NCBI GenBank assembly: GCA_013265495.1
Contig: MU057744.1
Coordinates: 558,001-622,000, forward strand
Length of the DNA stretch: 64,000 nt
Source of the DNA: Vicugna vicugna
Taxonomy: Eukaryota
Direction: 5' to 3'
Part shown: positions 50,170 to 62,299 of the stretch, piece after piece
Numbering within the stretch: position 1 is the stretch's first letter
How the letters are laid out: the number at the start of each line of letters is the position of its first letter
The notes under the pieces: model-generated
Database searches by the model: none
What the model saw: only the letters and a program-made list of their open reading frames with translations
What the model was told of the DNA's origin: nothing
Translations under genes and position numbers: made by a program

Positions 50170-53050
50170 TTACTCTTAAGAATAATAAATCTTTGTGAAC
50201 AGAGGCTGGACCTTCCTAGATGTGATACCAAAAGCATGGCAACAAAAGCAAAAGCAGGTAAGCTGGACTTCATCAAAACAAAACATTCATAACTCAAAGT
50301 GCACCACCAAGAAAGTGAGAAGACAGGACAAACAACAGGAGAAGGGATTTGCAAACCATGTATTTGACAAGGGGCTTTTATCTAGAATATATTAAAACTC
50401 TTACAACTCAATAATGAAAAACACAAATCATCCAATTTTAAAATGAGTGAAGGACTGGATAGAAATTCCTCCAAAGAAATCCAATGAAGATACACAAATG
50501 GCCAACTGGCACATGAAAATATGCTTAATATCATTAGCCATCAGGAAAACAAGCCAAAGTCACAAAGAGATATCACTTCACACCCACAAGGATGGATGCA
50601 ATCAACAAGACAAGTAAGTATCGGCAAGGATGTGACGAGAGCAGAGCCCTCATGCCCTGCTGCGGGGGTGTGAAACGGTGCAGTCACTCCGGAAACCAGT
50701 CCGGCACTTTCTCAAATGGTTAAAGTAACCATATGACCCCAAAGAAATGAAAATATATCCAAATAAAAACTTGTACATGAGTGTTCACAGTAGCATCATT
50801 CATAAGAGAAAAAAAATGAAACCAAAATGTCTAAATGTCCTTCAACTGACAGATAAATAAAACACTGAATACTATTCAGTGAAAGAAAGAACGGAGAAAG
50901 AAAGAAAGAAAGAAAGAGAGGAAGGGAGGGAGGGAGGAGAAGAGTAACTTTATAGGGAGGAAATCTAACAAACAGTCCTCAATTCAGGCGACCAAGGTCC
51001 ACAGTAACAGTCATCAGTCGTGCTGGAAGTATGTGCCCCTGATATGACGTGATGAAAATGGCACTTCACTTCTATACAGACCTTACTCCCAAAAGCCGCA
51101 CTGCAGTGTAATCATGACTTTTTGACAAAGGTGACAAAGAAAAAGGGGAAAAAGATTGTTTTTTCAACAAATGGTGCTGGGAAAATTGGAAATCCACATG
51201 CAAAACAATGAAGCGGATCCTTACTTAACACCATATAAAAAATGAACTCAAGATGAATCAAAGACCTAAAATTATAAAAACTCTTAGACGAAAACTCAGG
51301 AGAAAAGCTTCATGACATTGGATTTGGTAGTGATTTTGTGGATATAACACTAAAGGTACAGGCGACAAAATTAAGCAATACACAAACTGGACTTCATCAA
51401 AATTTAAAACTTTTGTGTATCAAAGGACTCTATCAACAGAGTAAAACGGCAACCCACAGAATGGGAGAGAATATTTGCAAATCATAACTTGATGAGGGAT
51501 TAATATCCCGAATACATAAAGAACTCCTAAAACTCAACAACAACAAAAGAAACACTCTGACTTTAAAAAGGATAAAGGATCTGAATAGACATTTCTCCAA
51601 AGTAGATACACAAACGGCAGATAAGTACACGAAAAGATGCTCAACATCACTAATCATTACGGAAATGAAAACCAAAACCACAGCGAGACACCATAATGAG
51701 AAAAACATCAGACAGATTCCCAAAGAGGGGTGTTCTGCGGTATGATCAGTCCTCCCCAAGACTCTGAAGGTCATCAAACAAGGAAAGTCTAAGACGTTGT
51801 CACAGTCAAGAGAAATCTGAGGAGACATGACAACTGAACGCAATGTGTGTCCTGGATAAGATCTGCTTAAATAGAAAAAGGATATCAGGTAAACACTAAG
51901 GCAACGTGAATAAACTATGGACTTCAGTTAATAATAATGTATCCATATAAGTTCATTAATTGCAGCAAATGTATTATAATAATATTAATCAGGGAACTCT
52001 CTGTACTATCTGCTCAATCTCTCTGTAAAGCTAAAGCTGTTCTAAAAAATAAAGTCTATTAATAAACAAATTAAAAAGCAATCCACACGAAACCAAAAAT
52101 AAAATGAAACAAATGATTTTTAAAACCCTGAAATATTGATACATGCTACAACATGGATGAAAACACTATGCTAAGTGAAAGGAACATGTCACAAAACCCC
52201 CCCATTCCGCGTCTATGCAATACCCAGGACAGGTAAATCTGTAAGACGGGGACTAGATGAGTAACTGCCAGGGGCTGGGGAGTGTGTGTGTGGGGAAGTT
52301 AACAGGAAATAGGGAGTGGCTGCTACAGGGTATGGGGTTTCTTTTGGGGTGACGAAAATGTTCTAAAATGGACAACTCTGAATCTGCTAAAAAACACCGA
52401 ACTGTATACTTCAAATGGGCAAACTGTATAGTACATGAATTACACCTCAATTATATCGCAAATATATCTCAAGTATATGAATTATATCTCAATAAAGCTG
52501 TTATTAAAAGACAATGGAATAGAATTTCTCAAAGCTGAGCTGGAACTAAGTCTTCAGATCACAAAGGTCCACTAAGTGCCTAGCACAGTGAATAAAAATA
52601 TGCCCATACGCTAAGTAAATAAGTGGGAGAGAAAGGAAAGCTTTCCTTATACTAAAATCCCAATTAATCAATGAAGGCAGAATGATGGGAAGAGAAAATC
52701 ACTATTTGGCAAACACCACAGCAGTGACCACTGACGTCAAGAATCACCTATGAACGCTAAAATCAGTGGGTTAAAGTAGGACGACAAAAGGGTATTAACG
52801 CAGTCTCAAGTTATCTCCCCACGAGATACTTACTAACTAGAAAGAGAACATATAACTTTACAATGGAGACACCTGGCAAGATGCCGCGTTAGCCAAGTGA
52901 TCAAAGTCGCGGTCACCAGCAATAAGACGCAGGCATCACAACTTCGAGACAAGGTGCACTGAAGAAGGCAGACCCCACGTCCGAGCTGTGCCTGCCCCAA
53001 TGATAACCTGAACTTAGTCATAAGGAGACGTCCGACAAGCCCAAGCTAGC
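50170..53050 (+). mobile_element. Cluster of nested L1 fragments in intron 10
   Basis: L1 ORF2/3'UTR motifs recur (e.g. CTGGACTTCATCAAAA at ~50263 and ~51387) with several 3' termini. Boundaries approximate. Confidence 0.78.
50890..50942 (+). repeat. (GAAA)n/(GGGA)n purine microsatellite
   Basis: GAAAGAAAGAAAGAAAGAAAGAGAGGAAGGGAGGGAGGGAGG. Confidence 0.9.
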
Positions 53051-53506
53051 CTTTTGTGATGTTAGCCTTAATCCCAATTAAAAGATAGGTTTCTCCAATT
53101 AAAATCTAGGTTTCTACACGGGGTGTGTCATATAATCATATTATACATTCATCATGAATTTCTCAAAAGTCTGTGAAAGGACAGAGCAGAGAGTAGGTGT
53201 GCAGTCGATATCTGATAAAGCAGCAACAGTGCTCAGACTGCGTTCCAGTCCCCGCAATGCCACCTCTATGTGCACAGCCCTGAACAACTCATTCAATCCC
53301 TTGGAATCTAGATTTTCCTCCCATGAACTTGATACTTATACTCTTATACTGCACTGGTGGTTCTGAGAAACAAGAGAGAATGCACATAAAGCTACCATGA
53401 AACCGCAGAGCACGGTGCCAACGGGAGTCATTACTGTCAACTCTTCATTTCACACAACAATAAATAGTTTCAAAGCTATTGTTTAAAACTAACAGTTTCA
53501 ACGCAC

Positions 53507-53573
53507 CTTGAAAATCAGAATCAGCCTGTGTTAAAATACTCAAGAACCCTCCTAAAAGAGTTTTCACAGTTCC
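53507..53573 (-). CDS. LYST: LYST exon 10 (67 nt)
   Basis: cttcag|GGA...[29 protein letters not shown]. Confidence 0.93.
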
Positions 53574-54071
53574 CTGAAGATTCAAAAACAAAACATTAGA
53601 AATTACATTTCTGACCTCATGAAAGCATGAAGCAACTGCAATGTCACAGTAAGTTACTCGATAGCCTACCATATATACATATATATATATTTAAAAATAA
53701 GCGGAAAGAATGCTAGATGTAGGATTACACATAATTTTCATTTTACTTTTCATACTGTTTTGTTTTCTGATTTTTTAAAAATAATGACCATAAGTTAAAA
53801 TTAAATGCAATTTAAAAAACGTTACCCATTCTCAGAACCATACTAGAATTCTTATTAGTTAGCCAATTACAACATTAATTTTTATGCTACTTCGGAGAAC
53901 TACAGAAATAGAAGACTTTAGAATTTCCACTTACAGGTAAAAAACATACCTTAAGGTACTATAAAAGACATAATAATTTTCAGACAAGTTGGGTTATATT
54001 TGAAAGGAAATGAGTACTTGGGGTATGAGCGTGATGGATACTGGTCACATTTAACTAAGTACATCTTTTAC

Positions 54072-54298
54072 CTGCTGCATGAGTAGGAAAACGTTCTTTT
54101 CTTTCTGCCTGATGATTTTCAAAAAACTCTCAAACACGTGGGCAAGCACATCAAGTTTGGCTTTACCAGCAGAGAGCAAATTTAATTCCAGCATACAAAT
54201 CTCGGGATAAATTATTTCCCCTTGAGTGAGGTTTTCAAGTAAGTCATTAGGACTGCTTGATGCACTGAAACTTTCTGCTTCAGGCTTTAAGTCCACCC
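54072..54298 (-). CDS. LYST: LYST exon 9 (227 nt)
   Basis: ttttag|GG...[17 protein letters not shown]...[14 protein letters not shown]...FLLMQQ. Confidence 0.95.
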
Positions 54299-54999
54299 CT
54301 AAAAGGGGAAAAGAAAAAACTTATTTTTATTTCCCAAACGGTGAATAAATATGTCAAATCTCACTCATCATTTAGAAGATCTAGTGGCAAAAGTGCTATT
54401 TATAAGAAGGTCTCATAAAACCTTTTCCTACTACCTGGCTTTTGATTACAGTAAGTATTATCAAGAATCAAGTCTTACGATATTTGAGTACTCAATGAAT
54501 GAGTAGCCCTAAAAGCAACTTTGATCTTCAACAGAGCCACAAATATTATCAACAGTCATTTTAATGGACATGTAATACAGATTTAACACACTCCTTTGAC
54601 AAAAATGGAAAAAAAATACTATCTCAAACTTTCTGACCCCAAAATACCTAAATCACAGGGTAGTTCATTTGCCTGCCCATACCCCTGTGAAAATAGTAGG
54701 TTTGGCTATTGGTTGCACGAATTTTATACTTTGCCTTCTTCATAAGGGAGAAACAGACACTGTCTACCTGAAAATTACATTTTGGAAAATTTAACTGTTA
54801 CACCCTTTAAAGAAGCCGCTATACTCTAGAACAAAACGTTCACATAGGAAACAAATTTATAAAGAAATTTATAGATTCTTTAAAATTCAGATCTAGTAAG
54901 CAAGCTTATAAAAAGGAGGAAAACTGCCATTATAAAATCATGTCTGTACTATGATAAAACCAATATCATTAAACCAGTATTTTTTCAAAAGCACCTGCT

Positions 55000-55325
55000 C
55001 AGGAGGTAGGGGGAAAGGTGAACTGCAGGAAGGTGGTCGAAAGGCACACACTTCCAGTTATAAGACACACGAGCACAAGGGATGTATTGCGCACGGTGAC
55101 TACAACCGCCACTGCCGCTCAACACACAGGAAAGTTACGAGAGGAGATTCTCATTACCAGGAGAGGTTTTCTCTTTTTCTTTTAAATTGTTATCTGTATG
55201 AGATGAGGGATGTTAACCCACTGTGGCAAACATTTGACAAAATATGTAAATCTAACCATCATGCTGTACATCTTAAACTTACAAGTGATGTAGGTCAACT
55301 ATTTCTCAATAAAACTGGAAAAAAT
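55000..55325 (+). mobile_element. L1MA9/L1_Art-like 3' end
   Basis: CTTCCAGTTATAAGA...ATGCTGTACATCTTAAACTTAC...CTCAATAAAACTGGAAAAAA. Confidence 0.75.
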
Positions 55326-56173
55326 AGTTTGTTTAATAAATCAAGTGACTGATACGAATATATACGTGTGACTTTCAGTTTGTGGCTGTTTCTTTGTTCT
55401 TTTCACTCTCTTTATGGTTAAAAAAAAAAAACCAAATAAACCCAAAGAACAAACGAAAAACACCTGCTGTGGGTCCATCAAGCCCTGTAAGTAGGACGTT
55501 GGTGATTACTCCCACTCACTCGGTGGGAGAGAGCAGGCAGACCTGAGGACGGTGAAGTGCTATACGCTCAGTGAAGACCCAGGGCGCTGGCACAGTCACA
55601 GGCCAGCACAGAAGCAGGTGGGGCCTTCCCAGAACCCTCCTGGCTCTGATCAGTCCACACGTTCCATTCTACCCAGATTATGCCCGGAAACAAAGGGTCA
55701 TAGCAACTGTAGTTTCATCCTAAGGACAAGCTGGGCCGCGTGAACTAAAAGGAAATCTGTGCTGCAGCCTCCCCGGATGCCACAAGACGTCTGCCTTCCT
55801 CGTAGTATTTATTCTTTGTAGCAGACTGAAAACATATCTTCAGAGGGGCCTTCTCTGACCGCCCGGGTGCTGTCAGACCACCTTGCTTTGTTTCTTCATA
55901 TGCTTATTTCTGATACTTACTGTCTTTTCCTCTAGAGTATCTATGAAAGCAGGGACTTCCTCTACCCTGTATTCTTAGGCACTCAGTCAACCGTGGTGAT
56001 AACAAAATACATTTTTGTTTTAAATTGCCTCCAAGGATGCCAGAATGTGTTGTCAAGATCAAAGCGAACGATGATGCAATGCATTTTTTAATGTAAGGCA
56101 ATACAAGAGCCTAACTTGCTAATTAATAAGCCGATTTGCAAATCCAATCTCAAGAACTTCAGTGATACTTTAC

Positions 56174-56330
56174 CATCATCTCGGGTTTCACTGTCCTCAG
56201 GGTTACTCTCACTGTCTGCTTCATAACCTTCTTCTTCCACCAACAATTTAAGACCACAACACTGAGAATCCTCGGCTTCTTCTGAAAAATCACCGGGCTG
56301 GGATGACAATTCTTCTTCAGACTGGTGACT
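56174..56330 (-). CDS. LYST: LYST exon 8 (157 nt)
   Basis: ttacag|AGT...[32 protein letters not shown]...ETRDD. Confidence 0.95.
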
Positions 56331-57417
56331 CTGTAAGATCAGTGTAATTGAAAGGCAAAAGTTGCAATGTTTGTTCACTTTTATTAATAAAGTATTTATT
56401 ACCCAAAAGTCATTTTAAGGACAGCTTCAGTATTTCCATTAAGAAAAAAAAATCTTAGGAATTGATATTAACCATTGCACATGATGAAATTCACACAGTG
56501 TAATTTTCCAGAATCTCTCAGACAACTTAACACCTCAAAAAATAGGTGTCCTAACAGATTAAGCTATAGATCATTTCAGTTTTACTGAAAAATAAGTCTA
56601 AGAAATTTCATTTCAGTACTATAATAGGAAATGAGTAAAACCCACAATTAGATAGAACTAGTCTTCTTACAACTTAATTACCTCTTAATTATACTTCTTG
56701 TAACTTAGTAAATATATCTTATTTTTACATGTTTGTTCATAGAAAAAGACTTTTTTCATAGGATTTTAATAAATAGTATGTTTCATAAACTAGATAACTG
56801 GAGAAGACGCGAAAAATTTTCGAGGAGATTAGTTCTAAGATTTCAGAATGCAATTGTCTACACAAACACCTCCAGAAATTCCAGCATTAACTCCCTGTGC
56901 AATATCCCACGGCAGGAAAGTTTTCTTTTCTTACAAAAACACTACTAATATCTCCACTTTAGAAAATGCACTTGAAGAAACCCAGAGCACTCAGTCACTG
57001 CAACATTAATAAAAGGTAGAATAACTTTTTAAAAATAGGTATGGTAGGTATTTTAACATTTTAGGTAAGTGTTTTAACGTTTTTCAGGTAACCAACTGAA
57101 ACCAAGTCAATAACATGATGAAGGCATTGTAGTTATCTCAGTAAGTTTTTAAGTTACGACAAGCAGTAATAAAAAATATTATGGCAGAAGATTATAAAAT
57201 GTCATATGTATGTCTAGACAAGGAATTAAAAGAGGAGTTACATAAAGGACAGGTGACAATTAACTAAATGTAAAAGAAACACGTAAGGAGGAGAAAATTA
57301 ATGAAGTATGTGTCACAGTTTCAGGAAAAAAATTAAAATAGTTCTCTTAGAAAAAAATGTCCTGGGCCCCACTCCCAGAGCCCTCCTCCTTGTGACCGAT
57401 GCGAGTCAAGTGTGCCA

Positions 57418-57575
57418 TCCTATAGTAACCTACTATGAAAAGGAATATAAGTATTCATATGGATGACTGCAACATACTGCTGTGCACCAGACACTGACAC
57501 ATTACAAAGTGACTACACTCTAATGAAAAAAATTCACTGTTCTAAGTCTTAAAAAAAAAAGAAAAAAATAAAAAA
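57418..57575 (+). mobile_element. Lineage L1 3' end remnant
   Basis: Similar to the 12642 and 15008 copies (TGCTGTGCACCAGA..TGACACA..TGACTA), with A tail. Confidence 0.6.
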
Positions 57576-58047
57576 TGTTAACACGAGCTGAAAAACCATG
57601 ATAGCCATTTTTCTATGCAAGAACTAGTCATTTTCATGTTGAATGATTTAAAATGAAAGTGAGTAGAGAGCTTTGGAAATATTACCTGTACCAGCAGGGG
57701 ATCAGATACGACATCGGGAGTCATCACCATCCCTGAATTAGCACTTAGTAAGCTATCAGTTATGCGTAAGACTTATCAAATAATAATTTCCATCTTACTA
57801 GAAGTAATTCCTGGTAAATTTACAGGTGAGATAAGGAGAAGCATGTCAGACTGCTCTCCTGTTTGTGTGAGACAGGCACTCAGTAAACAATGCTCATCCC
57901 AGAGGATGGAGACAGGACCCGTCCAACTCACTGGACCAAATCCTGGCCCATGTGTTTTTACCACATCCATTGGTGTCTTATTCCCACCCCACACACTTCT
58001 GCCTCTGCGAGTCACACCCAAACAATACCACCATGTGTCATTCATAC

Positions 58048-58209
58048 CTTGTCAGTCATGGCATCACTGGGTTCAAAATCTGCTGAATGATCCCCCAGAG
58101 CAACTCGAAGCAGGGCATCAAATAAAGGCTTTGCTAATTCTGTTTCAACCACCTTGGACAGGGAAAGACGGTCCTTCATTTCAAGCAATATATTTTCCAC
58201 TGACAAGTT
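58048..58209 (-). CDS. LYST: LYST exon 7 (162 nt)
   Basis: ccttag|AAC...[37 protein letters not shown]...AMTDK; not in the ORF track. Confidence 0.95.
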
Positions 58210-59858
58210 CTAAGGTAAAATAAAAGAGACTAAGAATATGAATAACATGCTTTTAGAAAAAAGTTAAACAGTGACAAAATAAATGATAAATACTTACTTA
58301 ACAAGTAGAAAGCTAGTCCATTTATTTGCAGTTGATATGAAATGAAAATGACTATAAATAGCTTTTACACACATGCTGTTACAATTAATAATAACATTTT
58401 AACCTGTCAAATGCTTTACTCATCTTCTTTGGTTTTGAATTTCAATGTATCATAAACTAACAATATTATGCAAAAAAAAAGATTTGTTGAAACTTCAGTA
58501 TTTTGATTAACCATCTCTAGATTTTACAAATTCCTTATTATTAGAGTTTCCTTTAGACTCTAAGAAGCCTACATTCTAACCCTTTTCTCTTCCTTCTTTA
58601 CTCCTTCCCTTCCTCCCTGATGGGAACCCTTGCCGCTTGCCTGTGTCCCTCTATTCAGGGCCGAGGCCGTAAGGATGGGTAGGAAGCTGACTTCTCCCTT
58701 AAGGGTTTCTGAGTCCAATGTGAGACACAGAGACACCCAGACAAGATATGATGACGAGCATACTGGAACCGTAAACCAAGTTCTCCCAGAACAGAAAAGA
58801 GAGAGGGTGCCTGAGAGGCCTGTCAAAGTGTCCAGAGGAGGGACTGGAGGAGGCGGACACTGAAGACCAGGTCAGAGGGGGGCAGGCACAGAGGCCGAGG
58901 GAGGGATGTGCCAGGCAGCGGAACATGTACACACGTACATAAGTAAAGACAAAGGATGGCATCTTGAGAAGCTGTTGGCTGGGTAGGGCTGACTGCAGCG
59001 TGACAGGAAATGAGGCTAAACATGGACGTGGAAGCAAGCGGTGAAGGGCTCTGCATGCTGCACTAAGAGGGGTCTACTTTAATTGTGAGTAACGTGGATG
59101 CATCAAGACATCTTAGACAGGAGGTGACGTGGGGGCTGGGACTGCAGTCGGGAGAGCCTGCTGGCTGGCACAGAGTTAGGGGTGGGTTCATAAGGAAATA
59201 AGCGATCCGCCGTATTCAAAGATTTCTGAGAAGCAGGGCCTGAAACTGAAGATTCCTTTTTTGCTGAGTTGTGCTCTGGGAGAAATTTGTGAAGGCATGA
59301 GGGAAACAAAATCTGTCAGGGAAAGAATCCAGGCAAAGATGTAGCTTCAGAATCAATGTCTAGGCACAGCCTAACTCCATGGGAAGCTGGAGAGCCTGCC
59401 CTGCACCTCAGGGCCCATCCCTACCCCTGGAGCCACACCCGCCAGTCACTGGCTCCAGCCCCCTTCCCTCGCCAGCCACGGGCACTGCTGGGAGACGTGT
59501 GCAGCTGTGAGTCCTGTGCGGCAAATGTCTGCAGCGGGTGGCGGACCTCCAGCCTGGCAGGGCACTGGACAGAATCACACCTCCTATAAGACGTTACAGC
59601 CTTGAAACACGACGTCCCCTCATCTGACTTTTAATGTGTATCTAATGCCTTTCAGGGTTGGTAGACCTGTCTCACATGGGTTTTGTGTGCCAAACTGCAA
59701 GCTTCCTGAGGGCAAGAACCGGGTCATGTCCTCCTCCACGTCCTCCACAGAACCTGGCAGCGGGCTAAGCGTCCAGGCGCTTCTCAAAACTTAGAATCTT
59801 TGGAAAATCAAAGTGACGTCAGCACTATGTGAGAAGCGGGACGAAGGCAAGTTATTAC

Positions 59859-60879
59859 CTGATGAGCTGGCTCCAGCTCCATCTTCTGCTGACTAGCTCT
59901 GGTGCCGTGGAGACAAATGGCCAGAAGAGCCTCCAAAAGTCGAATGCTCTGAAGCGAGGGCCCACTTTCTCCAGGCGTAAATACCTTTGCTTCCTCGGGA
60001 GCAGCCTCGGCAGCTGAAGTCTGCCCCACGTTTACGGAGGACAGGTGCTGTGACTCCAGCTCACCTGAACCACCAGCGCTCGTTTTCAGGCCGCCCAGTT
60101 CTGACGGAGCCAGGTGACCTCTTACAGTTAAACATAACAAATCTTCCTTCCCGGGGACCTCAGATTGAGAAGTTCTGCTTGAATCTTGGTTTTCGCCCAC
60201 ATTTATAGCTCCTTCCTTTTTCCCTTGCTCCTCTGCAGAACCTGTGAATAGTTTCTGGATTATCATAAATATCAGTGTATGGCATACTCGGAAACCACCA
60301 AGCCTGTGAAACTGTTTCTGGAAAACGGGACTCAGCATGTAGATCCACCGACACATGGCCCAGATGTCTGCCGCGCGGTGCATCTGTTCGGGCGAAGGCA
60401 GGACGAGGCTCTGGACAGACAAGCATGGCAGGACGCACTGCAGAGGCTCGCTGGCCGTGCTGTCGTAGCCGGAAGTGTCTTCCGACTCATTGGCTGACTC
60501 TCTCTCACACTCGGCTTCTTTGCTCACACACAAGAACGCCACGCAGAGGAACAGGTTGATCGTGCTGATATGGACATCCTGGGTGACAGACTTCTGTTTC
60601 TTGGGATAAGCGTCCTTGAGGCGGGCATAAAATTTGCTAAGACTCTGAGAATCTGAATAAGCGTGCTGGTCACGCAAAGCAGCTACACTGAAAGATGACG
60701 ACTCCTGTTCAGTGTCCATCCCATCAACAGCTGGAGTTGAAGAGCCTTTCTGCTGTTCCCCTAGGCTGATTATCAGAGTTTCAAACGCTTTTAGCGAGTG
60801 ATTTCGAATACCATCTAAGTAATTTAATTCAATTATTTGATTTACTCCATTACAGTTTAAAAACAAATCTCTTATTACC
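59859..60879 (-). CDS. LYST: LYST exon 6 (1021 nt)
   Basis: Acceptor ctcatag|G, donor CAG|GTAATA; (R)[11 protein letters not shown]...MELEPAHQ; phase 2 to 0. Confidence 0.96.
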
Positions 60880-62299
60880 CTATGAGAGGAAAAAAATACA
60901 AGAAATGTTACATATAGCAAAATCATTTATAAATAGGAACACATACTGCTTCAATATGCCGTCACCACAGACAGTAAACACTGCCTGTTCTAGCTCAGCA
61001 GTCACCTGGCTGCAGTCCCTGGTCAGACAGGACCAGGGTCTCAAGTTGCTTCCTCATTAGTTTCACGTCCCGCTTCAGACACTGCAGACACGACTTCAGC
61101 AGCATTTGAAAACAACACATTACATGCTTCTCAAGTTAAAAGAAGCAGATCAGGGAAGAATACTCTCCTCCAAACGGCAACTTTCTCTATAGAAATTCTC
61201 AAAGCCACAGCCACCACCAAACTTGAGATGGACACTCTGAAAGCAGGCAGGCATTTGTGTGTCCATCTGTCTGCCTGCCTGATGGTTCACTCAGGACTTT
61301 TCTTTATTTTCAATCTGTACCTCATAAAGGGAAAGAACCAAACCACAGATCTGAAGTTTCTCCAGCTCTATCTCAGGTGAGACTCGTGGGTCTGGATCAC
61401 TGGAATCTGAGTAATAACTTTAATATAAATTAGCTCAGCAAAAACCCAGGTTGTCCAAAAATATGCCAAGGAGTTATTAAACTTTCAAATCAAAGTCAGG
61501 TCTATGTAAACACTGTCACAATGACAGGAACTTTTTAAAAATGATTGTAAAGATAATGATCACAGGTAGGTTATATTTTAAGTTTTTTAAATGGTATTTG
61601 CATTACTTTCAAAGGCCAGACTATCTATCAGAAGCAACTTTATTTATAAAATTATTTTTTAAGTACCAGAGTTGACAATCACAAAATCTGGAAAACTCAT
61701 TGGTGGGATTCTAAGTAATTTTAATTTTCTTCTTTTGCTTACCTGATTTTCCACTTTTTCTACATATATTGCTTAGGTAATAAATGTAAATATGGTATTT
61801 AAAAAATAATAATCTCTTTAATTTCACTGCCATGATAAATAATCATTTTATATATGTGCATATTTTACATAATTGTAAATAAGTGGATATTTTAATTTTG
61901 TATATCTTATTAATAAAATATTATAAACATTTCCCCGTGTCCCAACATCTCTGTAAACACTTTTTAATAGCCAATAATATTTCATCAAGTAAATATAAAA
62001 TAACTAATCTTGCCCCTGCTGTTAAGATACCTGTGTTGTGTCTATTGCTTTCTCAGAAATATATTTAAAATGTTATTTTCCCCCAGAGAAATTAAAATCA
62101 ATGGTATTATCCTCTTCTCTATTACCATCTAGTAAAAAGAAACAAATTAACAGATAAATAAATGGTAAAAAGAATCTGACATGGGATGGGAACATTTTTT
62201 TGGTGTTAAACTAAAATGAAGTCCTAGGATAGAATAAAGGGTAAAGACATTCAAAAGCATGCAATATGAAAAAAAATTTATACACACACGCACACAAAC

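Noticed and set aside
51433..51843. 136-aa ORF, and similar ORFs at 30511, 49998 and 2638
   Set aside because: Antisense translations of decayed L1 ORF2/3'UTR; no intact retrotransposon ORF.
57762..58223. 153-aa plus-strand ORF
   Set aside because: Antisense to exon 7 and adjacent intron; no recognisable protein features.
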